A DNA stretch of 62,913 nucleotides, filler included, from Sphacelaria rigidula (Eukaryota), in the NCBI GenBank assembly GCA_964200075.2. It is 11 parts of 11 records of this genome, joined end to end, with 100 filler letters (N's around TTAATTAATTAA, not from the genome) between each part and the next. Parts side by side here need not be neighbours in the genome. Positions count along the whole stretch, not along the records: positions 45,830 to 51,457 come from CAXNAA020025742.1; positions 51,558 to 57,185 come from CAXNAA020025743.1; positions 57,286 to 62,913 come from CAXNAA020025744.1; 8 more parts are not named here. The stretch is one strand, 5' to 3'. Below are positions 48,246-59,964 of the stretch, piece after piece. A model generated the notes under the pieces. It was not told the DNA's origin. It saw only the letters and a program-made list of their open reading frames with translations, and ran no database searches. Position numbers and translations under genes: made by a program. Every line of letters begins with the position of its first letter. Position 1 is the stretch's first letter.

Positions 48246-48844
48246 CTGGATCGAACGGGGAACATGGCGGTTGCGTACGGGTAAACCGGACGCCATTGGA
48301 ACATGGCTAAAGATGCGCATTGTAGTCATGTAGTATCATGCGCCTGTCGAGAGGAAAAAAGAGTGTAGCACTACTTATGCAGTTTTCTGCACGATGGCAT
48401 TTACAGCACAAAGTCAAAGGGTCATTGCTGGTGGTAGTTTTTTGTGGCGGAAAGCCAGAAATGAGTAGACCCAGGGAACTAAAGAGCCAGAAAAAGAAGA
48501 AAAAATCCACCACTCCTATTGCTAAAATAAGAATTTTCTAAAATCTACGATGACACACAGTAGTATTTACACGACGTAGGTGACACCGCCCTTGCTGTCC
48601 CCAGTGCAAATCCCCCACCAAAAGAGAGCGATTGCTTGACCTAATACTCATCGTGGAAGTACACATCAATAACCCTGAAGTAACAAAAGACACAGTTTTC
48701 ATTGGTGTTGCCGGTACGGTACCAAACGACGGCCCCAGAGAAGTTGCTACTTGAAGAGCGAAAGAGTAAAAGTCAATCCCTGGTGCATCGAACGCACCGT
48801 GCCCAGCACGCGTCGGTCGCCAGCGCAAGAGCCCTAGCGTGCGT

Positions 48845-48923
48845 GCCGAACCAATTCATCATAGAATGCCGAACCAATTCATCACAGAACGCCGAACCAA
48901 TTCATCATAGAATGCCGAACCAA
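48845..48923. repeat. Intronic 23-bp minisatellite, ~3.4 copies
   Basis: GCCGAACCAATTCATCATAGAAT repeated head to tail with no spacers. Confidence 0.9.
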
Positions 48924-49386
48924 CAATCCTGGTGCCTCAAACTGCCGTGGTCGCGTTGAGTGGGTGCGTCCGGTGCCTCCACCCAAGCTGGGAGACCAGG
49001 ATATCTGTTTGCGCAGTCAAACCGCGCGAACAAGACGAGCACCCGGCTAAACACGACGGTGGCGGTTTGAGCACCGAAACTCTTGGTGCAGCGCTCGCAT
49101 GGTGCATGGAAAGCACACTGCATTGTTACGCCAATGGCTGCCTTTCGACATCGAATCTGCATTACTTGCTGAAAGAATGGCGCCTTTTCACGGACACTCT
49201 GGCGGTGAAATTTTCGTATTCTTACCTCGAAAACTTACTGCCAATAATGACCCGCAAACACAAAAAAGCAACGCGTCTGGTTTCGGTTTCGATCTAGTTA
49301 TCTCATCTTCACTACACCCGAGGAATTCTTCGCAAACAACAGAGGCATAAACAAAATGAGAGCTCAAGAGCTGGAGAAGGTCTCAC

Positions 49387-49629
49387 CATCCATCTGCGTC
49401 CAATAGTTGAAGGTGCGCCGCAGCATTGTGAAGGGCAGCGTCGGCCAAAACATGAGCTTTGAAACATACCGTGCCCACGGCTTGGGTAGTAGGTTTAACT
49501 GAAACAACGCATAGAGACCCCCAGCAGCCAGGCCCGTCGTGAGCAGTAGAAGCTTGGAGGGGATTGGGCCGTCAAGAAGACCATGGCTCGCGGGCTTCGG
49601 CGGTAGCGGCGGACCTCCATTTCGCCGAC
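49387..49629 (-). CDS. PTPMT1: PTPMT1-like phosphatase, first visible exon (start codon unresolved)
   Basis: ...LLLLTTGLAAGGLYALFQLNLLPKPWARYVSKLMFWPTLPFTMLRRTFNYWTQMD G|GTGAGA, with the PTPMT1 N-terminal F(Y/W)PTL motif. An in-frame TAA lies just upstream, so the acceptor AAG at 49630-49632 and an earlier exon are inferred. Confidence 0.85.
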
Positions 49630-49816
49630 CTTCAGTTCGTTAATGATCCAATCGGTACAGGGTTATCATGGGCAGCTCGTGAACGCGTAAACACGGAGAG
49701 GAACTATGACACAACGACTGGCATGTTACACGTTATTTTTTCTTCTCTCTTTGTCCTTTTTTTTCTCTCTTCTCTTCTTCTCCTGTCCGTTTCACCAATT
49801 TCTGTTTTCTTATATT

Positions 49817-49927
49817 TTCTTCAGCGAGTGTCATTTTGTTCTGTCTCGGGTACGTCTGTCATGTGACCGCAACTGGATCCCTGGGGGATCCGTTACAGTT
49901 CAACTATCAACCAATCAATCGATCAAT
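49817..49927 (+). mobile_element. 3' end of a non-LTR retroelement with an (AATC)n tail
   Basis: Homologous to 14601-14716 and preceded by a T/C-rich tract from about 49735. Confidence 0.6.
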
Positions 49928-51457
49928 GTAACTGATAATGCGCTCTTCACTCCTTAACAAAAATGGGTGTCAAGCTGTGGGCTTGGAAGTGCCTGGCCGT
50001 TCGTACTGACGCTGCCTGCTGTTTGCTCAATAGATCATCAAAACATGGAACACGTTGTGAATGTTGCCATCGTGAGGGTCCAATTGTCTCAGACAACACT
50101 CCTGCGGCGTGTGGGACAAGTGCGAGCTGATTCACGCTCATCACCTCGAACCCATTCATCAGCGGGTCTGTCTTTCGTGACACTCCCTATAGCCGCATAC
50201 ATGGCATCATACTGACCGTCATGGAAAACTGGAGAGGGTGGCATACTGTAGCCGGATTTTTGTTCAAGGCCATAGAAGTGGCGCGAAGGGCGAGAAGGTG
50301 CCTCGACGAATTGGAGGCCTTCAAAATGTTGATTTTATCTCGAACTCCCAACACAATCTTTACCCAATTCACACATACTAAAAGTCGTAACAACCGCCAT
50401 CAGCCCGGGAATCTAACAGGAGAAACTAAAAAAATCGATTATTGGGCCGCTTCTCATGGTCTGAAAAAAGTCACTGAAAAGCATCGTTTTGATCAATTTC
50501 CACAGACATTTTCAGAACGCGACCGTATAGGGCAGCCATTTTTCATGAAAAGCCGCCCGTTCTCGATGAAATCAAACTGTCTGAAAAGGGACGCGTATCA
50601 CACACTCCTCGCACACCGCACCCGCACTGGGACAGTCAGTGAGTGCTTCATTACACACTCCTCGCATACAAGTGTAGTACAGTCAGTGCATTGTATTAGT
50701 AGTTATGCATGTTGTATGCACAGTACGGTAGCAGCAGCATAGCTGCCGCAGCACTCCGTGCATACTCCTCATGACCGCAGGATCAGGGACAGACAGTGCA
50801 GTACGGTGCTTCTTCGCCGGCAGAGTTACTTCTATAATATAGCAGGGTGTCGCCCCTGCTGGCTGTATTGGCTGCTCGTATCGTCTCATACGCGTCGTGC
50901 CCGCCACCGATTGTGAACTCTGTAGTATTCTGTGTACGGAGACGGTTGCTACCGCAATACTGACTGTCACGTGAGTTTGTGGTGTGCGGTATGGCACAAA
51001 CCGTACTGCTGCACACACTGTGCCACTTGCAACACTACCACTGTACCAAGCGGCGGTCGGCTGAAGTAAGGCTTGATACGCCTGTCATGTCGATCCCTAT
51101 TATACCAGTAGCTCCTGTGTGTGTGTGCACGCGCGTGCGTGTGTTGCCACCCAATCTATTCTGTATCGGGACGGGATCACGTGTTAGTTTACCCCAGGTG
51201 GCACAAGCACGAAATATAAATGATGACAACTACCACCGTCTGCGCGCAGGCTAGGTGATGGCCTCAGGTGTTCAAATTCCCAGGAATTTTCCATAGACTA
51301 TGCAAGGGTCTGTCAAAAATATATTTCGGGACTCGTAGGCCCCAAGATCGAAAATTCGAGTTTTTGAGGGGGGGGGGGGGGGAAGGGGGGGACAACAGAC
51401 TCCCTGTCCCCCCGCTTTTTGTTGAGGCATTAGCGGGAGGGGCAAGCTGCCGGGCAC

Positions 51458-51557
51458 NNNNNNNNNNNNNNNNNNNNNNNNNNNNNNNNNNNNNNNNNNN
51501 NTTAATTAATTAANNNNNNNNNNNNNNNNNNNNNNNNNNNNNNNNNNNNNNNNNNNN
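51458..51557. other. Artificial contig linker
   Basis: N44-TTAATTAATTAA-N44. Confidence 0.99.
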
Positions 51558-51721
51558 AACGAGCACTGCCTCGATTGCTCGCCCTATTCTTTTTTTTCAC
51601 ACCAAGCAATGACTCGAGTGCTCGCCCTATTGATTTTTTCACAACGAGCGATGACTCGAGTGCTCGCCCGATTCATTTTTTGCACAACGAGCAATGACTC
51701 GAGTGCTCGCCCTATTCGTTT
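51558..51721. repeat. 42-43-bp tandem repeat, at least 4 copies, truncated by the contig start
   Basis: Consensus AACGAGCAATGACTCGAGTGCTCGCCCTATTCATTTTTTCAC, with an internal dyad CGAGCA...TGCTCG. Confidence 0.9.
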
Positions 51722-54700
51722 CGAGCAGTCCAACGAGCACGAGTGCCACGAGTGACACTCTTGCTCGTCCGACGTATGAAACTCTGCTATCATCGACCGC
51801 GGCCGGGTCGGATATACGTGAATGTTGAGGGACCAGTCATTCGAACTGCCGGGTTGACTTTCGTTTCTTTGTTTCACTCCATATATCTAAACATATGTAC
51901 TATGCATGTATGTAGTGATCGGTGGATCTGCATCCGGTCGAAAATGGCGCTTTTTGGATATTGCGAGCATAATTGAGCATGAATCCCATTCTGCGAGCAT
52001 GGATCGAGCACATGTTTTGTGAAATTCGAGCATAAATTGCGCTCCACGAGCCGAATCTCTTGTGTAACTACTAAAATTAAAAATGACCTTACTGGCATGA
52101 GGGGCAAACGCGCAGTAACGCTCACCGAAGGTATTTTGCGCTCCGCGAACATCATCGCGACTAGGGTTGCTCGCGAGTTGACTCGCAGCACATACGGGCT
52201 GGAGAATTTCAAGCTGCACGTAACGGACTTCATCACATCAGTAGACAACAGCATAGAAGAGACACGAGCAAGCCTGCCCGAGGAAGAACGGAACGGAGCA
52301 GCCATGAAGGAGTTCGAAGATGTCTGTCTCGGCAAAATCCATCGGCGGCTGGACCTGGTACGTGACCGGCACACAAGAGTCAGGAGTTGAATGTTGGAGA
52401 GTGAGTAATTCGGGCGATAGATCGCCAAGACGATACAAACGTAAGGTGGATCGGACATGCTGCTGTGATGAATAAATTCAAATTGCGCAGAACGGGCTTG
52501 CGACGCGCGAAATTGGCGCGTGCCAGTCATGGGCACAACAAGGATGATACCCGATCATCCACCAACGTGATCGGGAGACGATTGAAACATTTCCACGAGG
52601 TTGTTCACCTACGTTTTCAACCACGGCCCGTTTTCGCGGGAAGCACAAAGAGGGGCCCTGAGGCGGTACAATGATAGCTGAAGGAAGAGGTGGGACGAGG
52701 CCAACAACATCATCGCTCGCTTGAAGTTGGCGAACGCGGGCGGCGAGGAAGACGACGACGAGGATGCTGGTGAATCGGAGGAGAATGATTGCAATTGTCA
52801 ACGACCGGCTGAGGGCAGCCGCAAAGACGAATTGTGTCCCTCGTGCGACCCATCATCAGACGTCAGGTGAGAAGGGACAGCACGAATCAACACGCAAGCC
52901 GTTTCGACGGTGCCGAGCACACCAGTTGACCTCGCGGAGTACAATGCTACCGTTCTAAGAACGCTTGGTGTAATGATTAAAACAACAATCACCTTACCTG
53001 GAAAACCGCCAACCGCTCGACATTTTCATGCCGTCCTCGCAATGGCAGATACCATTGCGTACACTGCGGGATGAAGCACCAGACCTTCTGTGAGCTGCTT
53101 GTGCCCGTCTCCGAGGATGCATCTCTTGCCGAGAGGAAGCGACGTATTTGCCTTGTCTGCGAGGATGAGCCGGGGCGCCAGAAGAGGGAAGGGGACAGAA
53201 CTGACGGGGTCGGAGGCAGAGGGAATCCTAAAAAAAGGGGAAGAAATCATCACATGCAGGGCAAACGTTTCCCCCTGCCGGCCCCACCGTGGAAAGCAGA
53301 AGGTGCGAGGATAGGTTGCCGTTGTGGAGACTGTGTCGTCGACTGAAGCTCACCTTTAAATTGCTCCCTTGGACGACGATTGTGACAGCATGCATAAGTC
53401 GGTCGACATGTGACACTGGGACTGTCAAGCGCAGCTGTTCGTAGGTTCTCCTGTCTTTCGGCCCTTGATGACGACGGCGCGCGGTAATTCTTACCGCCAT
53501 TTGTACGGCAGAATCCGAAAATACCCATATGTATACCACCTCCAGTGATACATTATGGAGAAGGCGGTGAGTATAATCCTGGTGGCCGTTGACGAGGTCG
53601 ATCAACCTCGCGCACTACTCGACTATGAAAACCTGACGGTGCAGCCGCCAGCTCAGCCACCGTAGTGGAACGCACGCCGAAGAATTACGCCGGATTAGCC
53701 CCCACCCCAACGCCAGCCGAAAACCGCCAGCAAAACAATGAATGGATTTCCACCGCGTGATGTGCGATTCCAGAGTGCATGGAGGGCTTGTTCACTCGAC
53801 ATGGGCGAAACAAAATAGAAGCGTTAATAGTCTAATCTGCTCAATATGAGGGTATTTTTTCATACCGATTTCACGTATTGGTTTTTGCCCCCCCCCGAAC
53901 CAACCACTTTCTCGGGAAGGGATATATCGGAGAACACACGCTACACCCCGCGACATGCGGACGACCAGCGCGCAACGAAGGAAACCTGACGATGCTATTG
54001 CGTGCTTGCGACGTGATATTGAACAGGGCTCATCACACGAGCATACACGAGGACAATCTACTCCGCCGCCACTGCACTCTTACTGACCAACAAGAGCCAC
54101 TCCCTGCTGTGAAGAGACCGCCGAAGCATATCATAGTCTCCATCGATGTCGAGAAAGCAATGCTGAACACGACAAACGAGGACAACAAGGGATACTTCAG
54201 GCGGTTCGTTGAAAAGGTGTTGGAAGTCTCGCATCCGATGGGCACCATCGCCTTTGCAGTCTCGCCGCCCCCTGGAATCGACACGGACATCGTATCCAAG
54301 GTATCACGGTCTGCACGGTTCGTGACAGGCACAACTGCGGCATCGATGTTGCTGAAAACAGGGTAGACACATCTGAGTCGGTATCCGCCACACGAGCGCG
54401 GATAAGGTATTTTGTGTGCTTCGTTTCGTCCGTCACATTGAATCGCCGCTTTCCTACATCCGTCATTGCTCTGATACGGCGTCCTGTGGTGATGTTGATA
54501 CTCCACTGGCACCCCCCGAACACCCACCGTCCCTGCGACCCACCGCGGCGCGCACCCCTACGCAGGCGCGATCGAAGCCGACCCTTGTATATGGTGATCG
54601 AAGACGACTACGTGAGAGTAGAGTACTCCAGCCGCCCCGGAGGCTCCCGAAAGAAACACGAGAGGTATCATTTTTACCTTCATATGGAGGGCATTACGGT

Positions 54701-55957
54701 GGCACACAAGCAACCGAGCGAAGAGAACAAAACTTTCACGGTAAACCCGAGGGTGACCTTCGCCGATCCCTACGGCACGAAGATCAACGGCAAAGTGCCG
54801 GAATGCTGGCAAAAGATGGGCGGGGGGCCAGAAGACACGCTTGCGTACAAGCAGGGCGGATCTGTTGGGGGACCTGTCAATTCCTTCCCGCCGCGGGTAC
54901 TGACTACATTCGTCAACAGGTGATAACACATTTCTGACCCCGTATCCTCCTTCCCGTGTGAGACAGTATGCACTTTCGACGATCCTAGTCGAAACTTCAC
55001 TTCCGGTGGGCGGGTGGCGCCGGAACATGCCGCGCCGTGAAAGACATGAGATGAGTCGACGTCATTGTAGGCGTTGTGGCCAACAACACCCGCACATATG
55101 TGTGTGTCACTTCCGGATGTTGTGCTTTTGGTCGAACGGAGCGGGGTCCGAAATACCAGAGAAATCCGAGGCATGCATGCACGTGGTATTGAATACATGT
55201 TGGGACAAGTCTCAGCAGAACCTTCGAGCGGGAATCGTCAAATTCAAAATGCTTCCCACAGTGATTAGTTGCGGTGAATCTTTCATGACGTCGGGATCAT
55301 CGTACTGTCATCGGACAGGTTCACCCTGGCAGGAGATGCCGTGGTGGGGATCGGGGTGGAGAGCACGCAGCTACTGGAAGTCGCTCTTGAGCTTGGTCGT
55401 CCCACGGAACTCTTCCTCCACAACCGCGGTCTCGCGACCGAGGTTGGGGCCGTATGGCGAGGGCCTTCCAAAAGGGTTCATGTCGGGGATGTTCAAGGCA
55501 AGCCCCCGAAAAACCGAATGCTTGCTCGAGGTATCGCGATCCTTACTCCGCGTCTTTGGCCGATGCGCAGGCACCGAATCGGATTTGATTACTCGCGACT
55601 TATATTTGATGTGCCAGATGAAGCTCACGCCAATGATCCCAACCTCGCATGTGTTCATGCGTCACCTTTGCCGACAGTATGATATCAGCGGCGAGGTGTA
55701 CGTGGGGCCGACGCTGCTCCCATGGGCGCTGCCCGCAGACACTACGCCGGGAGGATTGCTGGTTCGGGGTCCGGGAGACACGTCCGATTAGATCATGACG
55801 GGTGCTGCACAGACTTTCGGCTACAAGCTGGAGGTGAGAACAGCGCTGCATGGGGGGCGATAAAGACACTGTGACCCCGTGGTCCTCTTTTCCCTCGTCT
55901 CTCATCGCCGTTTGCGTCCTAATATGTACGTGAGTGTCTCATGATTTGAAGGGATGT

Positions 55958-56394
55958 CAGGGGTGCACGAGAAAAAACTAAAACGCGCACCTGTGAACCC
56001 TTCTCCCCCCTCCCCGAACGGGACGGAACGGGACGTGATAGAGGGAGAAATCCGGGACGTGAACAAAGGCGGTATGCAATCGTTTGATGCATTAGACAAC
56101 AGGGAGAAAACGATGGCTCTCCTAGGAGATAGATGGTGGCTGAAGACGGCGAAACAGAAGTGGGATAGGATGCAAAAGGTTCTTGTCTAATACGTGGAAA
56201 AACGTGGTAAGCTCGTGAAGAAACGTGATGAGCGCAAAAATGTTGGAAGTGTCTCCATCAGGAGTACGAACGGTGCTCAATGGTCGAAGGACTGAGGCAA
56301 GCAACACACGAGTACGCCCCTCCCCCTCCCCCCTGAGAGGTCCAAATGAAAAAAGAGGACATAGGTGTGCGTTTTGTTTTTTCGTGCACCGTTG
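55958..56394. mobile_element. Small TIR element (hAT-like end CAGGGG) carrying a LINE insertion
   Basis: CAGGGGTGCACGAGAAAAAACTAAAACGCGCACCT is inverted against AGGTGTGCGTTTTGTTTTTTCGTGCACCGTTG. Flanks GGGATGT / GAGATGT resemble a decayed TSD. Confidence 0.6.
56016..56333 (+). mobile_element. 5'-truncated LINE (ORF2 C-terminus plus C-rich 3' end)
   Basis: ERDVIEGEIRDVNKGGMQSFDALDNREKTMALLGDRWW...NVGSVSIRSTNGA, which I recognise as a brown-algal LINE C-terminus. It ends GAGTACG + CCCCTCCCCCTCCCCCC, and a similar CTCCCCCCTCCCC lies immediately 5' (56003-56015). Confidence 0.8.
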
Positions 56395-57185
56395 GAGATG
56401 TAGTTTTTTTTCACTGCGTGGTATCGACTTTTTTTCCCTTCCGCTTTACCACACCTTGTGAAGAACCAGTATTTTTCGGGTCCATTTATGGGCGCGTCCA
56501 CATCGCGATGCCCGGGGGACATGTGGTTTCGGGAACAACTACACATCGTGGTTTTGAGACCCCTGTCTGAGCGCTGATTCCAACCACCGCCCCTCCTCCG
56601 TATCCCGGATTGACTTTCTCACGTTCGTTGCCGGCGGCCGTCTCTACCTTGTCCACGGTTGATTTCGGCCGCAGCGTTCGACGTTCAATCAGATGAACGA
56701 GCTGTTCCTCATAACGAAGCCTGGCCAGCAGAAGATCGTATACCCTGAATTTCCCTTGTGGGGGAAGTACAGGGTATACAACACGCCCAGAGAGGCTGTA
56801 GAGTCGATACCTCAAGAAATCCTGGGTCAGCAATGTACTCGCCTGGTATTGGTCGCATCCAACAGACAACTCAGGCGCGTCGTAGAACCCGGCAGGAAAG
56901 CCTGCCAGCCGGAAGCGGCACTGTACTCGGAGGTCTCAGATACCTGCCCATTCTACCACTTGGAATGGGTTACGGGCGGGGAGGGGGTTGTGATGGGGAT
57001 AAGATCGAAATACCGCACAACGGCCCCAGATACTCCTACATTACCGCTGCGATAGGCAGCACAGATGGTACGCAGCATACTGTAATAGCCAGTGTGCAAG
57101 CGAGTCGAGAGAGGAAAGGGAGGCTCACCGCAAAGCAGCCTATCGCGGTCACTCCGGGGATCTGGTCGTAGGTGGGCCGGGATTC

Positions 57186-57285
57186 NNNNNNNNNNNNNNN
57201 NNNNNNNNNNNNNNNNNNNNNNNNNNNNNTTAATTAATTAANNNNNNNNNNNNNNNNNNNNNNNNNNNNNNNNNNNNNNNNNNNN
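57186..57285. other. Artificial contig linker
   Basis: N44-TTAATTAATTAA-N44. Confidence 0.99.
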
Positions 57286-57346
57286 AATGGTCAAATGACT
57301 AAGGCAAGCAACAAATGAGTACGCCCCCCCCCCCTCCCCCTCCCCC
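57286..57346 (+). mobile_element. LINE 3' end with C-rich tail (contig starts inside it)
   Basis: AATGGTCAAATGACTAAGGCAAGCAACAAATGA (NGQMTKASNK*), then GTACG and C11-TCCCCC-TCCCCC. Confidence 0.8.
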
Positions 57347-57735
57347 GCTCTCACCGAGTGCGCGAAATTGTCTTCCTCTATTAGCCACGCGATCTCGTCT
57401 TCGAATCGCCTGAGGCCCTGGAAAATGACCGCATCTGCCGCGCGCGTGGCTCCCTTGGCGACTGTGAAATAGTAATTTTTCTTGTCGCGGCACTCGATCT
57501 GAGCAGTGCGGGTGTAAACAACATATGACAAGAAGGAAAAAAAGAACAGATATACTTAATTCACGGGATGTTAAATGTGGAGGTATGGAAACGAGAGAAG
57601 CACACAACACCACACCCTTCGGTGGACCCGTTCTAGGGACTACCATGAAGTAGTGTTCATTTTTAGTCATCATCCATTCACGCCGATGGCAATACAATAA
57701 TTATATATATATATATATATGATAATGTTTATTGG

Positions 57736-57882
57736 GACTTGGGTGGAAGTGGTTGGAGTTGGATGATTTTTTTTTAATTGAATTAGTATTTTTTGGGTAA
57801 AAGGAACACGAAATGAGACTTGGGTGGAAGTGGTTGGGGCTGGGTGATTTTTTTTCGATCGGAATAGTATTTTTTGGGTGAA
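57736..57882. repeat. Tandem ~81-bp duplication between two (TA)n tracts
   Basis: GACTTGGGTGGAAGTGGTTGG...TGATTTTTTT...TAGTATTTTTTGGGT occurs twice. Confidence 0.8.
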
Positions 57883-59263
57883 GAGAACACAATATATATA
57901 TATATATGCTGTGGTTTTGATGAAAGAGTACCCGTTCGGCAGCAGAGATACCAAACGTTCTATAGCCGACGGGTGAATGTCTGGACAAAAAATGTCGGAA
58001 ACATGCGATGCGTACCCGCGAATATCACTCACAGGACAGGGCCCCACATCTGTGCGTGTACCGAGCATCCGATCCACCGTTAGTGTTGAATCACCGATAT
58101 TGCCGAGGCGGCCAAGGTACTTGCAGTTCATGGAGGTGTGTCTACCATTTGGTCGATTGACTCTTACAAGAAATTGATCGGAAATATATTCCGAACTAAC
58201 CCTAACCCCAATGCTTACCCTCCTAACCCAACGCATACCGAGAACCCTCGGGCGAGGGGGGATGCAATGTGTTCCCTGGACAAAGTGTGGCGTTGGCGGA
58301 TCTCGAATCGGCGCCGATTTTGACAAAAATGCGTTCTGCGCACGCTAGCAGCTCTTGGGGCTATCGGCCCCACTAAAGATCCGAACATCGGAAATACCCT
58401 CACATCAAGTGATAAAAATCCGGGAAAGCTCTAATCGATCAAGTGGTGAACACCACTTGCAGCTCATGACACCTCAGGGTGCACAGGGTATCTATCGACC
58501 ACCAACAGTACAGGGCAAGCGAGAGTACCTGGCTTACCGACTGCGAAAAAATACGGAGTATTACAGGGTTCAGGGAGTACCTGCCCCTGAATACATACCC
58601 GCGTCCTACTATACACCTTTTTGGAATGTTCCGGTGTTGTGATACATGAGAGGCTTTTGAGTCACGAGATTCCCATGTGTTACAGACAGCCGTGCTTCGA
58701 GAGCCGATGATGTGTTACTATTTCTACCCGGATTCGCTCTATTTCACGGTTCGGACGAATCATCGCCGGTTCAAAACAATAAATCCACGATTTTTCAGGC
58801 CTGATTGCTCGAAAGAGAGTCAAGAAAGTCGATCGATCGTCAAACAGGTTCCCACGCAACTTTTGCGCCATTCTGCGTGCCTGGGCTGCGCGTACCTGGG
58901 TTCCAACGCTGAAAACAAAGCCCGAGGATTGATTCGTACGGTACGGATCAATCACACTATTAATCAAATCAAGTAACTTCCAGACGAATCATTTATTCGT
59001 CCGATCCGTGCTCTATTCCCATTCTTATCGGAGTGTTCGCAGCTACAATAGCCCACCATCGGCGTCAATCTTCATATTTTTGCATCTACGATGTGTACAT
59101 ATATTGTCGGATTCGTCCCAAGATCTTGACAATCATCGGTAAAAAATGTTGCAACCATCTGGTGAAAGTGAATCTTAACGGCAAGGACGAGTTGCCGGTC
59201 TCAAATTTTGGTCTTCCAATTTCTCCCACAAAACTTAGTCCAAACTTGAACGGTGAATAAAAG

Positions 59264-59693
59264 CAGGGAGGAATACGTGACACACGTGACACATTTGAAA
59301 TAACCGGGAAATACGTAACTTTGGGCAATTTAACACAACGTAAGGTTTAATTTTTTGGACGGGACAGATGCAACGTAACGTGATGCAACATATGGACCTT
59401 GAGGCAGTGCCTCTTGGTGTTTTCCAGATGTAAAGAAAAAGTGTTTTTGTGATTTTTTAACGTGACACGTGACACGTGACACGTTACATATTCACGAAAA
59501 CAAGCAGACTTTTCGTCACATTTGGAAAGTAAAATGCTATGTTAGGTTTCATTCCAGGAGCCACACGTTACATCACGATACGTTACATATGTCCCATCCA
59601 AAAAACCAAATCTTACGTCGCGTTAAATGACCCAAAGTTACGTGTTTTCGAATGTGTCCCGTCAAAAGGTCACGTGTCACGTATCCCTCCCTG
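59264..59693. mobile_element. Complete hAT-superfamily MITE (430 bp)
   Basis: TIRs CAGGGAGGAATACGTGACAC / GTGTCACGTATCCCTCCCTG with a perfect 8-bp TSD AATAAAAG (59256-59263, 59694-59701). Extended imperfect inverted arms and GTGACAC repeats lie inside. Confidence 0.92.
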
Positions 59694-59964
59694 AATAAAA
59701 GGCGATAAAACAACAACGATAACAACAACAACAACAAAAACTCAAACAACCAGCAAATATTCCCACACCCTCCCAACACCAACCGACAACTTCCACATCT
59801 CCGTCGCGAAACAAACAACAAAGAAAACGAGCACAAGAAAGAAAAAAGCAGCCCTCGCAAAACAGACCGCAACATAGCAAAAATACACGCAAAGCTTCAC
59901 CATTCAACCCAACAACCCCACCACTGTCTTTACCCTCGAATCTTTCACACACATATACACACAC

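Larger units (their letters stand above)
52097..57185 (+). pseudogene. Long decayed intronless coding region of unknown family, interrupted at about 55958-56394
   Basis: Protein-like plus-strand segments (52097-52390, about 52590-53070, 53878-54366, 54414-54923, about 55150-55880, about 56600-57170) are linked by isolated stops and frameshifts, with no evident splice pattern. I recognised no RT, integrase or transposase motif. Confidence 0.5.

Noticed and set aside
48845..51721. CRISPR-like arrays (23-bp and 42-bp repeats; also the 30040-31590 repeats)
   Set aside because: The units are head to tail without unique spacers, there are no cas genes, and the context is eukaryotic.
5630..57285. 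Regularly spaced TTAATTAATTAA palindromes as a biological periodic element
   Set aside because: They are embedded in N runs and identical each time. This is a six-frame-stop assembly linker.
58195..58232. Telomeric CCCTAA repeats
   Set aside because: Only two or three degenerate units at an internal position, which is insufficient.
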